A stretch of DNA of 64,000 nucleotides. Source: Gemmatimonadota bacterium (GTDB lineage Bacteria; Gemmatimonadota; Gemmatimonadetes; Longimicrobiales; Gaopeijiaceae). The notes below the pieces were generated by a model. The model saw nothing but the letters and a program-made list of their open reading frames with translations. It was not told where the DNA came from and did no database searches. This document shows positions 46,068 to 56,179 of the stretch, in pieces; positions within the stretch are counted from its first letter, which is position 1; every line of letters begins with the position of its first letter. Made by a program: the position numbers and the translations under genes. The stretch covers positions 192,001 through 256,000 of the forward strand of contig JAXHMG010000002.1 in the NCBI GenBank assembly GCA_034521595.1. The letters run 5' to 3'.

Positions 46068-48542
46068 TCAGTCCTCTCCCTGTTCGTAGAGCACTCGGTA
46101 CAGCCCCAGGTTCCGGCGCACGTTCTTCACGTACCCGCGGGTCTCCGCGAACGGAATTCGCTCCGTGAAGCGCAGCTCGTCGGCGGCTTCCGGATATCGC
46201 CGCCAACGGTTGGCCCGCGTCGGCCCGGCGTTGTACGCCGAGAGCACGAGCGGCAGCGCTCCGTCGTAGCGCTCGGTCATATCCCTGAGGAACGCCGAGC
46301 CCAGATGCAGGTTGATCTCGGGGGTAGAGAGCACGTCCGAGGTGAAATCCACGGGCCCGTGCCGACGGGCGAGCTGCTCTCCGGTCGGCGGCATGACCTG
46401 CATGAGCCCGATGGCGCCGGCGTGGCTCACGATATCCGCCTTGAACGCGGACTCCTGGCGGATCAGCGCCGCGAGCATGATCGGATCCACGCCCCACTCC
46501 TCCGCCTCCCGGCGGACGAGCTCGCGGTACGGGAACGGGAAGGTCACCCTCAGGACCGCCCGGTCCCAGCCGCCGCTCTCGCGAAGCGCCCAACCCAGGC
46601 TGATGCCGTCGATCGTGCGGCCCCGCTCGATGAGCGCCTCGGCGAGACGGAGCGTGACCGCCCGGTCGCCACGAGCGCGGTCCCGGAGCCGCGCCACCTC
46701 CGCGTCCGCGCCCCGCCGCAGGTCGGCCTCGACGAGCATGTCGAGGCGGTCCAGCCCCTCGCTGAGCCACGCGGGCTCCTCGGGCTCGACCCCTTCCGAA
46801 AGCTCGACGGAATACGGCTCACCCAGGAGGTCGGCCGCCATCACGGCATAGTACGAAGTCGGTTGCCCCAGCACCCGCCGCAGGTGCTCCGTCCCGGCCG
46901 CCCGGTCACCCAGCTCCAGGCGCACCCGTCCGGCCCAATAGGTGGCCTCCTCCCAACGCCGGCCGTCGGGAAACTCTTCGATGTACGCCTCGAACGTACG
47001 GGCGGCTTCCTCCAGCGCTCCCCGCCCGAGATGGATCTGGCCCACGCGCATGCGCGCCTGTCCGGCCCGGGAATGCGTGCGAGCGTTCTCGGCCACGGCC
47101 CGGTAGTGCTCGAGCGCTTCCTCCTCGCGGCCCGCGCTCTCGGCGTCGTAGCCACGCATGAAGACGATCTCGGCTGCTTGGGCGCTCTCGGGGTAGTCCT
47201 CGACCAGCCAGCGTCGCAGCGTCCGCTCGTGCTGGGGAAGGCCCTGACGATCCCGCATGCGGGCCCAGATCTGGAGGTTGCGGGCCGCGAGGCGCCGGTC
47301 GGAGAGCGTTTCCCGGAGCGAGCGGAATTCCGCCAACGCCTCGTCCTGCCGGTCGCGCACGGTGGCCATGAGCCGCGCCCGCGCGAGTCGGGCCGCGTCG
47401 GGAAGGAGCTCACCGCGCCGCTCCGCCTGTCGCTGCGCCCGGTCGTAGGCGTCCAGCGCCCGCCGTCCGTCGCCGGCCCGGTCGAGGATGGGCGCCACCC
47501 TCAGATGCTCCTCGAGCTCCAGGTCGCCGAGGTCCACGAGCGCCGCCGCCGCTCGCGAACGGGTCGATCTCCGCCCCTCTTCCAACCCCCTCTCGAAGAG
47601 CGGACGTGCTCCCGCCGTGTCGCCCTCGGCCAGGAGGAGTCGTCCGAGGTCCACCCCTGCCTCCGCTGCCCGCGCGCTTCCGATGCCGGAGCCCTCCTCC
47701 AGCAGATCCGCGAGCACCTCGGCCGCCCGGGCCGAATCGCCCGCCGTGAGAAACGCGTCCGCCTCCGCCCGCCACACCTTCGCCGCCGCGGTCGGGTCGG
47801 TCACGAGCGCGACGAGGGTGCGCGTGCTCGCCGTATCTCCCTTTTCGACGGCGTCGGGCACCAGATCGGCGGCCAGCCAGCTCCGCACCACCGGTGCCCC
47901 GTCGAACGCCGCCAGACGCGCTTCCGCGTCGCGGTGCTCGCCCGCCCGCCAATGCGAGCGCAAGCCGCGCGCCCGCGCCGCCGGACGTTCCTCCGCGTTG
48001 ACGCTCGAGACCTCCAGGTACCGGTCGAAGCGCTCCGCGGCCTCCGACCAAGCTTCCGCATGCTCGTACGCTCGGCCGAGCAGAAAGAGTCCTTCGCCGC
48101 CGCTCACCTCGTCCAGCCAAGCAGCGCCCTCGAGAAGCTCCAGCACGCCGGGCCAGTTGTTCCACCCGGCCTCGGCCCGCGCCAGCAGGAGGACGTTCCG
48201 GGGATCGCTCGAAGCCATCCCCTCGTCACGGAGGGCCAACGCCGCGTGCCAGTACCGACCCACGGCCAGGTCGTCGAGCGCCGAGTCGGAGGGCATGTCC
48301 CGGAGCGCGTCATGGTCCGCGGGGTCGTCGGCCCGCCGGGCGGCGAAGCCGATCTCGTACCCGGCTCGGGTTTCCCGTGCCTCCGGGACCGCGACGTCCG
48401 CGCCGTCCGCGTCTCCGGACGAGGTGGGCTGCGCGACGGCCCGAGAAACGCCGCTACGTTCGTGACCGGGCGCGCTCACCCCCGAGACGAGGATCGTGAG
48501 CGTCCCGACCGTGAGCACCCAGGGAAATATTGATCGTGGCAT
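46068..48542 (-). CDS. TPR-containing soluble lytic transglycosylase (Slt70-like)
   Basis: Signal peptide, helical repeats, then SLT motifs IRQES, GAIGLMQVMP, AYNAGP, ETRGYV. Start set at ATG 48542. Confidence 0.9.
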   Translation of the reverse strand: MPRSIFPWVLTVGTLTILVSGVSAPGHERSGVSRAVAQPTSSGDADGADVAVPEARETRAGYEIGFAARRADDPADHDALRDMPSDSALDDLAVGRYWHAALALRDEGMASSDPRNVLLLARAEAGWNNWPGVLELLEGAAWLDEVSGGEGLFLLGRAYEHAEAWSEAAERFDRYLEVSSVNAEERPAARARGLRSHWRAGEHRDAEARLAAFDGAPVVRSWLAADLVPDAVEKGDTASTRTLVALVTDPTAAAKVWRAEADAFLTAGDSARAAEVLADLLEEGSGIGSARAAEAGVDLGRLLLAEGDTAGARPLFERGLEEGRRSTRSRAAAALVDLGDLELEEHLRVAPILDRAGDGRRALDAYDRAQRQAERRGELLPDAARLARARLMATVRDRQDEALAEFRSLRETLSDRRLAARNLQIWARMRDRQGLPQHERTLRRWLVEDYPESAQAAEIVFMRGYDAESAGREEEALEHYRAVAENARTHSRAGQARMRVGQIHLGRGALEEAARTFEAYIEEFPDGRRWEEATYWAGRVRLELGDRAAGTEHLRRVLGQPTSYYAVMAADLLGEPYSVELSEGVEPEEPAWLSEGLDRLDMLVEADLRRGADAEVARLRDRARGDRAVTLRLAEALIERGRTIDGISLGWALRESGGWDRAVLRVTFPFPYRELVRREAEEWGVDPIMLAALIRQESAFKADIVSHAGAIGLMQVMPPTGEQLARRHGPVDFTSDVLSTPEINLHLGSAFLRDMTERYDGALPLVLSAYNAGPTRANRWRRYPEAADELRFTERIPFAETRGYVKNVRRNLGLYRVLYEQGED

Positions 48543-48651
48543 ATCCCATCGTATCGCTGCTGCGCTCCAGATGTTCCCGAACGCGCGAAGGGCCGGCCCG
48601 GCTTCTCGCCGGACCGGCCCCTCTTCGACCGTTGTCGAAGATCGCGGCCGG

Positions 48652-49362
48652 CTAGCTGCTGCTGCCGCCGCCCTCGCGTCCCATCTCGATCGCATGGATG
48701 GTATCCACCATCTTCTGCGCGGACTCCTCCATGTCGATGACGAGGCTGTCGATACGGGCGACGAAGTAGTTGTGCCCGATGGACACCGGAATCGCGATGG
48801 CCAGACCGCCGGCCGTCGTCAGCAGAGCAACCTTAATACCACCCGCCACGAGCGTGGCTTCGACCTCACCGGCGGCCTCGATCGACTGGAAGGCGATGAT
48901 CATGCCGATCACCGTCCCGAGGAAGCCGAGGAGCGGTGCGACGTTGGTGAGCGTCGCGAGAACGACGAGCCCCTTCTCGAGCTTGCTCATCTCGATCAGG
49001 CCCTGGTTCTCGATGGCCTTCATGACCCGCTCCGTACCCTCGTCGGCCCGCTCGAGGCCGGCGTAGAGGATGTTCGCGGCGGGCGCGTCGCTGTCACGGG
49101 TGTACTCCAGCGCCTCACGAATCCGGCGCTGCGTCAGCATCTCGTCGACCTCTCTAAGGATCTGGCGCGTCTTGGAGGCCTTCGCCGTCAAGGTGATGAA
49201 CTTGACGAGGATGACGATGATGCCGAGCACCAGACAGAGGGCCAGCGGCCAACGCATGAAGCCCGTGTTCTCCCAATTCGTCACCAGCTGCTCTTGCCAG
49301 GTCAGCTCAGGTGAGTCGACGCCTGGGATCTGGAGCAGTGCGGCGTACAGGTGCATCGCCAA
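48652..49362 (-). CDS. MotA/TolQ/ExbB proton channel family protein
   Basis: LATLTNVAPLLGFLGTVIGMIIAF and GGIKVALLTTAGGLAIAIP. Confidence 0.92.
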   Translation of the reverse strand: MAMHLYAALLQIPGVDSPELTWQEQLVTNWENTGFMRWPLALCLVLGIIVILVKFITLTAKASKTRQILREVDEMLTQRRIREALEYTRDSDAPAANILYAGLERADEGTERVMKAIENQGLIEMSKLEKGLVVLATLTNVAPLLGFLGTVIGMIIAFQSIEAAGEVEATLVAGGIKVALLTTAGGLAIAIPVSIGHNYFVARIDSLVIDMEESAQKMVDTIHAIEMGREGGGSSS

Positions 49363-49451
49363 GGGGGACCTCCAGCGTAGTTTCTAGTGTGTGCGTTACG
49401 GACGCCCGCCACCTGTGAAGCTCGGGTGGACGGGCGATTTTTCGAGGGTCG

Positions 49452-49482
49452 CAACATGGTGTTCCCCCCTTGAGAGTGTCAA
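49452..49482 (-). promoter_or_regulatory. Putative promoter for the exbB/tolQ-like gene
   Basis: Minus strand TTGACA, 18-nt spacer, CATGTT. Confidence 0.4.
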
Positions 49483-49486
49483 GTCC

Positions 49487-50503
49487 CTATTTTGGGCCGT
49501 TGTCGCGGGCCTTGTGGCAGGCCGCACGACGTCCGGGAGCCCAGTCTTCGAGCGATGGCAACGTGCTTCGGCACGTCTCGTCCTTGTCCGGATGTGGACA
49601 TCGAGGGTGGAACGGACACCCTCCCGGAGGATCGATCGGGCTCGGTACGTCGCCCGGCAGCACGATGCGCCTCCGCTGCGCCCTCCCCACCGGATCCGGG
49701 CGGGGAACCGCCGAGAGCAGCGCGCGGGTGTAGGGGTGCAGCGGCTCGCGATAGAGATCGGCGGCCGGCGCCGTCTCGACGACACGGCCGAGATACATGA
49801 CCGCCACGTGGTCGCTCACGTGCTCGATGAGGGCGAGATCGTGCGCGATGAAGAGGTAGGTGAGTCCGAGCTCGCGCTGCAGATCCTCCAGGAGATTCAC
49901 CACCTGGGCCTGGACCGACACGTCCAGCGCGCTCACCGGCTCGTCCAGCACCAGGAAATCCGGCTCGACCGACAGCGCGCGCGCGATCCCGAGCCGCTGC
50001 CTCTGCCCTCCGCTGAACTCGTGTGGATACCGGTCCACGTGCTCCGCGCGGAGTCCCACCCGCTCCAGGAGCTCGACCACCCGGTCGCGACGGCTCGCCC
50101 CCCCCAGGCCGTGCACCCGGAGCACCTCTTGCAGCATCGCACCAACCGAAACCCGCGGGTTCAGCGAGCCGAACGGGTCCTGAAAGACGATCTGAGCCCG
50201 CCTTCGGTAGCGCCGGAGCCCGCGCCGGTCGAGCGCACGAACGTCCTCCCCGTCGAAGAAGATCTCGCCCTCGTCGGGCTCGATCAGCCGGAGGATCGAG
50301 CGGCCCGTGGTGGACTTGCCGCACCCCGACTCCCCGACCAGCCCCAACGTCTCCCCTCGGCCGATGTCGAAATCCACTCCGTCGACGGCCTTCAGCACCC
50401 TCGCCTTCCGGCCCACCGTCCCCCGCCGGACCGGGAAATAGGTCCGGAGCCCCCGGACGCGCAGCAACGGTTCCTTATCCGCTCCACGTCGGCCCGCGCT
50501 CAT
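49487..50503 (-). CDS. Oligopeptide/dipeptide ABC ATPase (OppF/DppF)
   Basis: [40 protein letters not shown], and the C-terminal CPFHPRC cluster. Confidence 0.93.
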   Translation of the reverse strand: MSAGRRGADKEPLLRVRGLRTYFPVRRGTVGRKARVLKAVDGVDFDIGRGETLGLVGESGCGKSTTGRSILRLIEPDEGEIFFDGEDVRALDRRGLRRYRRRAQIVFQDPFGSLNPRVSVGAMLQEVLRVHGLGGASRRDRVVELLERVGLRAEHVDRYPHEFSGGQRQRLGIARALSVEPDFLVLDEPVSALDVSVQAQVVNLLEDLQRELGLTYLFIAHDLALIEHVSDHVAVMYLGRVVETAPAADLYREPLHPYTRALLSAVPRPDPVGRAQRRRIVLPGDVPSPIDPPGGCPFHPRCPHPDKDETCRSTLPSLEDWAPGRRAACHKARDNGPK

Positions 50504-51519
50504 GCCCCGCTCCCGGCCGAAGCCACCGGGCCCGCGGTGGCCCGCCAGCACCGGGCGAGGCGATCCTCACGGCCGAGCTCCACCAGCGCCTGAGGCTCGG
50601 CGCAGCGCTCTTCAGCCAGGTGGCACCGCGCCCGGAACCGGCATCCTTCCGGCCAGCGGGTGGGCGAGGGCACGGTTCCCGGGATCGGCTCGAGGCGGCG
50701 CTCCGGATGGTCGATGGAGGGCAGGGAGTCGAGCAGCCCGCGCGTGTACGGGTGGCGGGCGTCGGCGAAGATCTCCTCCACCGTGCCGCGCTCCACCACC
50801 TCGCCTGCATACATGACCACCACCCGGTCGCACACCTCCGCCACCACCCCGAGATCGTGGGTGATGAGCAGCACGGCCATCCCCCGACGCCGCCGAAGAT
50901 CGGCGAGGAGCTCGAGAATCTGCGCCTGGATGGTCACGTCGAGCGCCGTCGTCGGCTCGTCGGCCACCAGGAGATCCGGCGCGCAGGAGAGCGCCATGGC
51001 GATCATGACCCGCTGACGCATCCCACCCGACAGCTCGTGGGGGTATTCGTCGAAGCGGCGGTCCGCGCCCGCGATGCCCACCTCGTCGAGCAGCCGCACG
51101 GCCTCCTCCCGCGCCGCCTTCCGCCCCAGGCCCCGGTGCAGGCGGAGAACCTCCGCGATCTGGTCCCCGATCGGGTACACCGGATTGAGCGAGCTCATCG
51201 GCTCCTGGAAGATCATCGAGATCTCGTTGCCCCGGAGCCGGCGCATGCGCCGCGCGCTCGCCCCGACGAGCTCCTCTCCCCGGTACCGGATCGAGCTGCC
51301 TTCGAGGATCCGGGCGGGCGGCGTCGGGAGCAGCCCGAGGATCGACAGCGACGTCACGGTCTTGCCACAGCCGGACTCACCCACGATGCCCACCGTCTCG
51401 CCCGCCCGCACGTCGAAGGAGATCCCGTCGACCGCTCGCGCGGTTCCCTGATCCGTGTCGAACCAGGTCCGGAGGTTCGCGACCGAGAGCATCGGACCGG
51501 CACCACCCACCGCCGTCAC
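50500..51519 (-). CDS. Oligopeptide/dipeptide ABC ATPase (OppD/DppD)
   Basis: [43 protein letters not shown]. Start set at GTG 51519, overlapping the oppC stop. Confidence 0.93.
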   Translation of the reverse strand: MTAVGGAGPMLSVANLRTWFDTDQGTARAVDGISFDVRAGETVGIVGESGCGKTVTSLSILGLLPTPPARILEGSSIRYRGEELVGASARRMRRLRGNEISMIFQEPMSSLNPVYPIGDQIAEVLRLHRGLGRKAAREEAVRLLDEVGIAGADRRFDEYPHELSGGMRQRVMIAMALSCAPDLLVADEPTTALDVTIQAQILELLADLRRRRGMAVLLITHDLGVVAEVCDRVVVMYAGEVVERGTVEEIFADARHPYTRGLLDSLPSIDHPERRLEPIPGTVPSPTRWPEGCRFRARCHLAEERCAEPQALVELGREDRLARCWRATAGPVASAGSGA

Positions 51520-52643
51520 GAGCGCAGCCTCGGGTCGAGCGCGTCGCGCAGACCGTCGCCCACCAGATTGAACGAGAGCACGGTGAAGACGATGGCGAGC
51601 CCCGGAAAGGTCGACAGCCACCACGCGTCGAGGAGGTTCCCGCGGCCGGCGTCCACCATGGTGCCCCAGGACGCCGTGGGCGGCTGGACGCCGAGCCCGA
51701 GGAACGACAGCCCCGCTTCGAGCACGATGGTGTTTCCGATGCCCAGCGTGGCGGCCACGATGACGGGGGCGAGCGCGTTCGGGATCAGGTGCTTGAATAT
51801 GATGCGGGGCTTCGAATACCCGAGCGCTTCGGTCGCCTGGATGAACTCCCGCTCCCGCAGGCTGAGCACTTCCCCCCGCACGATACGCGCGGTGCCCGGC
51901 CACTGGGTCAGGCCCAGGACGGCGGTGATCAGGAAGATCGACGGCTCGAAGAGCGCGATCACGGTGATCAGCAACACGAGCCGGGGAAAGGAGATCACCA
52001 TGTCGACGAAGCGCATGATGACGGTATCGACCCAACCACCGAGGAATCCGGCCACCGCCCCGAGCACCGTGCCGATCGTCACGCTGATCGTAACCGCGAC
52101 GAACCCGATCAGGAGAGAGATGCGGGCGCCGTAGAGCAGACGCGAGAGGACGTCGCGGGCGAACTGGTCCGTGCCCAACGGGTGCGTCGCCGAGAGCCCC
52201 ACGTAGCGCTCGGTCACGAGGTCCCCCTGCAGGTTGGGATCGAACGGCGCGACGAGCGGCGTCACGAGCGCGATCGCGTAGAGCCCCACGATCACGAGGA
52301 GGCCGGCGACGGCCGTTCGGTTCCTCGAGAACGCACGCACGGCCAGGTCCCACTGGCTCACCGCCACCTCCCCGCGGCCCGCCACCCGACCCGCGTTCCG
52401 CCAGGACCAGACCCACGGCACCACCAGGGCCGCCAGCACGGTCCCCACGGCCAGCCGCTCGTCCCACGCGCCCCCGAGCGCCCCGCGCACCCGCTCGGTC
52501 CGGGCGAAGAGCACCCAGATCGCCCCCGACCACGCGAGCAGGGCGCCCACGCCCGGGCCCCACCGGCCCGCGAGGAGCTGAGGCGACCCCGGGAGCACCA
52601 CGGAGAGGGCACGCCCGACGAACCCACGCTGCCGGTCAGTCAT
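51516..52643 (-). CDS. Oligopeptide ABC permease (OppC/DppC) with N-terminal membrane extension
   Basis: HPLGTDQFARDVLSR, ARIVRGEVL, HLIPN, EAGLSFLGLG, FNLVGDGLRDALDPR. Confidence 0.93.
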   Translation of the reverse strand: MTDRQRGFVGRALSVVLPGSPQLLAGRWGPGVGALLAWSGAIWVLFARTERVRGALGGAWDERLAVGTVLAALVVPWVWSWRNAGRVAGRGEVAVSQWDLAVRAFSRNRTAVAGLLVIVGLYAIALVTPLVAPFDPNLQGDLVTERYVGLSATHPLGTDQFARDVLSRLLYGARISLLIGFVAVTISVTIGTVLGAVAGFLGGWVDTVIMRFVDMVISFPRLVLLITVIALFEPSIFLITAVLGLTQWPGTARIVRGEVLSLREREFIQATEALGYSKPRIIFKHLIPNALAPVIVAATLGIGNTIVLEAGLSFLGLGVQPPTASWGTMVDAGRGNLLDAWWLSTFPGLAIVFTVLSFNLVGDGLRDALDPRLRS

Positions 52644-53622
52644 AGCGGATGCGGGGGTCGACGACGGCGTAGAGGATATCCGCCACCAGATTCGCCAGCA
52701 CCACCATGACGGCGAAGAAGAACGAAGCGGCCATCACCAGAGGATAGTCGCGCGTGCTGATCGCCTCGACGATGCCCCGGCCCATGCCCGGCCAGGCGAA
52801 GATCAGCTCGATGAACACCGTGCCGCTGAAGAGCACCGGGATGTAGAGGCCCACCAGCGTGATCACGGGGATGAGGGCGTTCCGGAGCGCGTGCTTGAAG
52901 ACGACCGTCCGCTCGGGGAGCCCTTTGGCTCGAGCCGTGCGCACATAGTCCTGGCGGATCACCTCCAGCATGCTACCCCGCATGTAACGCGCGATCCCCG
53001 CCGTCAGCACCAGCGAGAGCGAGACGGTGGGCAGCACCAGGTGGCGCGCCCGGTCGACGAGTTGGTCCCACGCGCCCATGGACTCGTGGCCGGTGCTCGT
53101 CATGCCGGACGCGGGGAACCAGAGGGGCCATTCCCACACGTTCCGGGCCATCAGGCTGAACGTCAGGATCAGCATGAGGGCGAGCCAGAAGGAGGGCATC
53201 GAGTAGAAGAAGAGGAGCACGACGCTCAGGCTCGAGTCGAGCCCGGAGTGTTGCCGGACCGCCTGGATGGTCCCGAGCACGATGCCGACGAGGAAGGCCA
53301 CCGTCAGAGCGCACACCGAAAGGATGAGCGTGTTCGGGAGGAACGCCCAGAGGACTTCCGTCACCGGCCGGTTGTACGAGAAGGAGTACCCGAAGTCACC
53401 GGTGAGCATGCTGCCCAGCCAGCGCAGGTAACGGATGTGCACAGGCTGGTCGAGCCCGAAGTTTACGCGCATCTGCTCGATCACGTCGGCGCTCATGCCC
53501 GGCGCGAGCAGATAGAGCGTGGGGTCGCCCGGGGCCAGGTTCACCACGAAGAAGACGATCGTGGCGATCCCGAGCACGAGCGGAACCGCCCCGAGCAACC
53601 GGCGGACGATGTACCTCGTCAC
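52636..53622 (-). CDS. Oligopeptide ABC permease (OppB/DppB)
   Basis: YIVRRL, PGDP, GDFGYS, DYVRTARAKGL, HALRNAL, FAWPGMG, RDYP, DPRIR. Confidence 0.94.
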   Translation of the reverse strand: MTRYIVRRLLGAVPLVLGIATIVFFVVNLAPGDPTLYLLAPGMSADVIEQMRVNFGLDQPVHIRYLRWLGSMLTGDFGYSFSYNRPVTEVLWAFLPNTLILSVCALTVAFLVGIVLGTIQAVRQHSGLDSSLSVVLLFFYSMPSFWLALMLILTFSLMARNVWEWPLWFPASGMTSTGHESMGAWDQLVDRARHLVLPTVSLSLVLTAGIARYMRGSMLEVIRQDYVRTARAKGLPERTVVFKHALRNALIPVITLVGLYIPVLFSGTVFIELIFAWPGMGRGIVEAISTRDYPLVMAASFFFAVMVVLANLVADILYAVVDPRIRYD

Positions 53623-53676
53623 GGGTGCCGCCGGACTCCCGTCAGCGCCGGGAGCGTCCGGAACGCCCCCGCCACG

Positions 53677-55395
53677 TCACCGCGTCTCGGGGTCGATGTA
53701 CCAGTCCCGGATGCTCACCCACTCGCCCCGCTGGTCCATGACCACGTTCCGCACGCGACGGTTCACACCGTCCAAGCGGTCGGGAAAGTAGAAGAAGGTG
53801 TAGGGCTGCTCCTCGCCCAACACGCGCTGGTACTCGGCCCACAGCGGCAAGGCTTCCTCCCGGTCCACGGTAAGGGCGAGCGTGTCGAGGAGCCGGTCGA
53901 TCTCGGAATTCTGCGTCCCGGACCAGGCGTACGGCTGGTCGATCCGTTCCGAGTGGAAGAGGTCGGTGTCGTCGAGCTTGAACTCGGTGACCCAGCCCAT
54001 CACCACCCCGTCGAAGTCCCTGAGCTCCGGGGTGTTGATCTGCTGCAGCAGCGTGCCCCATTCCACGACCTGGGGCCGGATCTCCACCCCGATCGAAGCG
54101 AGCTGGGCCTGCATGATCTCGGCGATGTCCTGCCGCTGCTGACTCCCCTGGTTGTACTTGACCGAGATGGAAAGCGGCACGCCGTCGGCGTTCTCCCGCA
54201 CCCCGTCTCCGTCCCGGTCCGTCCACCCGGCTTCTTCGAGCAGCGCCCGGGCGCCTTCGGGATCGTAGTCGAACGCCACCGTCGCCTCGGGATCATAGGC
54301 CCAGTGGAACGGGGGAACGCTCGAGTTCGCGACCGTCCCGTAGCCCTGCTGGATCGCCTCGACGATCTCCTCCCGATTCGTGCCCATCGTGAGGGCCTGA
54401 CGCACCCGCCGGTCGGAGAGCTGCGGCCGGCGCGCGTTCCACGCCACGAAGACGTAGTTGCGGAACGTGAAGCTCAGGAGCTCGAGGTGCTCCGCGTCGA
54501 TCACGCGCTCCGCCTGGTCGGGTCGCACCGCGAAGTAGATGTCGACGTTCTCCGTGAGCAGCTCCGTGAGCAGCGTCGTCTGCTCCGGGATGACGCGATG
54601 GATGTATCGGTCGAGGTACGGCCGGCCGCCCAGCTCGGAGGGGAACGCCGGGTTCGCCTCGAAAACCCAACGGTCCTGCTGCGTGTGCGACTCGAACACG
54701 AACGGCCCGTTGCCCACGGGGCACTGGGTGCCGTAGGGATGCTGACGGAGCTCGGCGGGCGGCACGTCCCCGAGCAGGTGTTCGGGAAGGATGCCCAACG
54801 TCGTCCAGGCGTCGAGGAATTCCGCGTGGGGCTCCAGGTGAATGCGCACGGTGAAGTCGTCGAGCACCTCCACCCCGTCGGGCCCCTTCACGTAGTAGTC
54901 CCAGAACGCCGCGTTCGGAAACGCCGTCTCGGGGTTCGTGACCGTGCGGTACGTGAAGGCGACGTCGTGCGCGTCGGTCCGCTCACCGTCGTGCCAGAAG
55001 ACGTCGTCGCGGATGTGGAAGGTGAGCTCCGTTCCGTCGTCGGACACCTCCCACGACTCGGCCAGGTACGGCCGGGGCTCGATGTCCTCGTCGTACTGGA
55101 TGAGGGGCATCAGGTTCACGAACTCCTGATGCTGGCGAGTCTCGTAAGACGACGAGACCGCCGAGTTCATGCCGTCCGGGAGCTCCCCGATGCTCGCGGT
55201 CACGACCGTGCCCCCGTACCGAGGATCGTCCGGGACCGGGTTGGCCTCGCGCTCCTCGGCCACCCACGCCTCGACCCGTGGGACCACCTCCTGGCAGAAC
55301 GGGTCGGAAGACGCCGAGCGCGCGGCCGTCTCGTCACCGTCGCCTCCGCATGCCGCGACCGTCCCGACCAGACCCACAACCAGCAGCTTCTTCAT
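53677..55395 (-). CDS. Peptide ABC transporter substrate-binding lipoprotein (OppA/DppA family 5)
   Basis: MKKLLVVGLVGTVAA-C lipobox, PYLAESWEVS, WHDG, PVGNGPF, DRRVRQAL, YDPEGARALLEEAGW. Confidence 0.92.
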   Translation of the reverse strand: MKKLLVVGLVGTVAACGGDGDETAARSASSDPFCQEVVPRVEAWVAEEREANPVPDDPRYGGTVVTASIGELPDGMNSAVSSSYETRQHQEFVNLMPLIQYDEDIEPRPYLAESWEVSDDGTELTFHIRDDVFWHDGERTDAHDVAFTYRTVTNPETAFPNAAFWDYYVKGPDGVEVLDDFTVRIHLEPHAEFLDAWTTLGILPEHLLGDVPPAELRQHPYGTQCPVGNGPFVFESHTQQDRWVFEANPAFPSELGGRPYLDRYIHRVIPEQTTLLTELLTENVDIYFAVRPDQAERVIDAEHLELLSFTFRNYVFVAWNARRPQLSDRRVRQALTMGTNREEIVEAIQQGYGTVANSSVPPFHWAYDPEATVAFDYDPEGARALLEEAGWTDRDGDGVRENADGVPLSISVKYNQGSQQRQDIAEIMQAQLASIGVEIRPQVVEWGTLLQQINTPELRDFDGVVMGWVTEFKLDDTDLFHSERIDQPYAWSGTQNSEIDRLLDTLALTVDREEALPLWAEYQRVLGEEQPYTFFYFPDRLDGVNRRVRNVVMDQRGEWVSIRDWYIDPETR

Positions 55396-55432
55396 GACGC
55401 GTCCCCGTGCTTCGTTGGAAAGGAGCCGCTCT

Positions 55433-56173
55433 CTACCGCCTCCACGTCCACTCGTCGTTGCCGTACCGCTCGGCCTCCAGCCGATCCGCCATGGCGAGGA
55501 GCGCTTCGTCGTACGCGCTCGGGCGCCAGGACGTCCCGTCGAGCCGCCGCTGGAAGCCCCGTACGACCGCGTCCCGGACGTCTTCGATCGTGACATCCTC
55601 CACGAGCGCGCGGAGCGGGCGAGCCGTCGACGCGGAGCCGAGCGTCGACTGATCGTCTTCGATCAAGATCGACCCGTGCTGCAGCAAAGCTCCACCCATC
55701 CGGGCCTGGGCGCTACCCACCAACTTGCCGCCCCCGGCCACGACCTCGCCCTCCGCGGGCACGTCGAAGCAGGGTCCGGCATCCGGACGCAACGTCTTGC
55801 CGTCGGGTGCCAGCGTGACCTCCGCACCGAGGAGGCGCAAGCCCTCGACCAGCGCCTCGCTCACGGCACGATACAGCGCGCGAGGCCCGCCGAGCGCCCG
55901 CGCGGGAACCGCCACCGCGTAGGTGAGCTCGCTCCGGTGGAGCACCGCGCGTCCCCCGGTCGGCCGACGCACGACCGCCCCTCCCCTCCCCCGTGCCGGC
56001 TCGTTCCGGCCCAGGGACACGGTCGGCTCGGACCATTCGTAGAGCCGGAGCGCCGCCGTTCCGTCCGTGATGCTGCGGGCCAGAGCATGGTCGATCGCCA
56101 TGTTACGCGCGCCGGACATCGGCGGGTCGTGGTACACGTGCCACACGGTCACGGCGCGTCCGTACTCCCGCAC
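55433..56173 (-). CDS. Lipoate-protein ligase A / LipM-like octanoyltransferase
   Basis: NMAID, LRLYEW..PTVSLG, VVRRPTGGRAVLH, KLVGSAQ, LQHGSI; lies next to gcvH and gcvP. Confidence 0.88.
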   Translation of the reverse strand: MREYGRAVTVWHVYHDPPMSGARNMAIDHALARSITDGTAALRLYEWSEPTVSLGRNEPARGRGGAVVRRPTGGRAVLHRSELTYAVAVPARALGGPRALYRAVSEALVEGLRLLGAEVTLAPDGKTLRPDAGPCFDVPAEGEVVAGGGKLVGSAQARMGGALLQHGSILIEDDQSTLGSASTARPLRALVEDVTIEDVRDAVVRGFQRRLDGTSWRPSAYDEALLAMADRLEAERYGNDEWTWRR

Positions 56174-56179
56174 GTCATG

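Noticed and set aside
50500-52563. 687-aa OppD with a long N-terminal extension
   Set aside because: The extension overlaps oppC in another frame; the real start is at about 51519.
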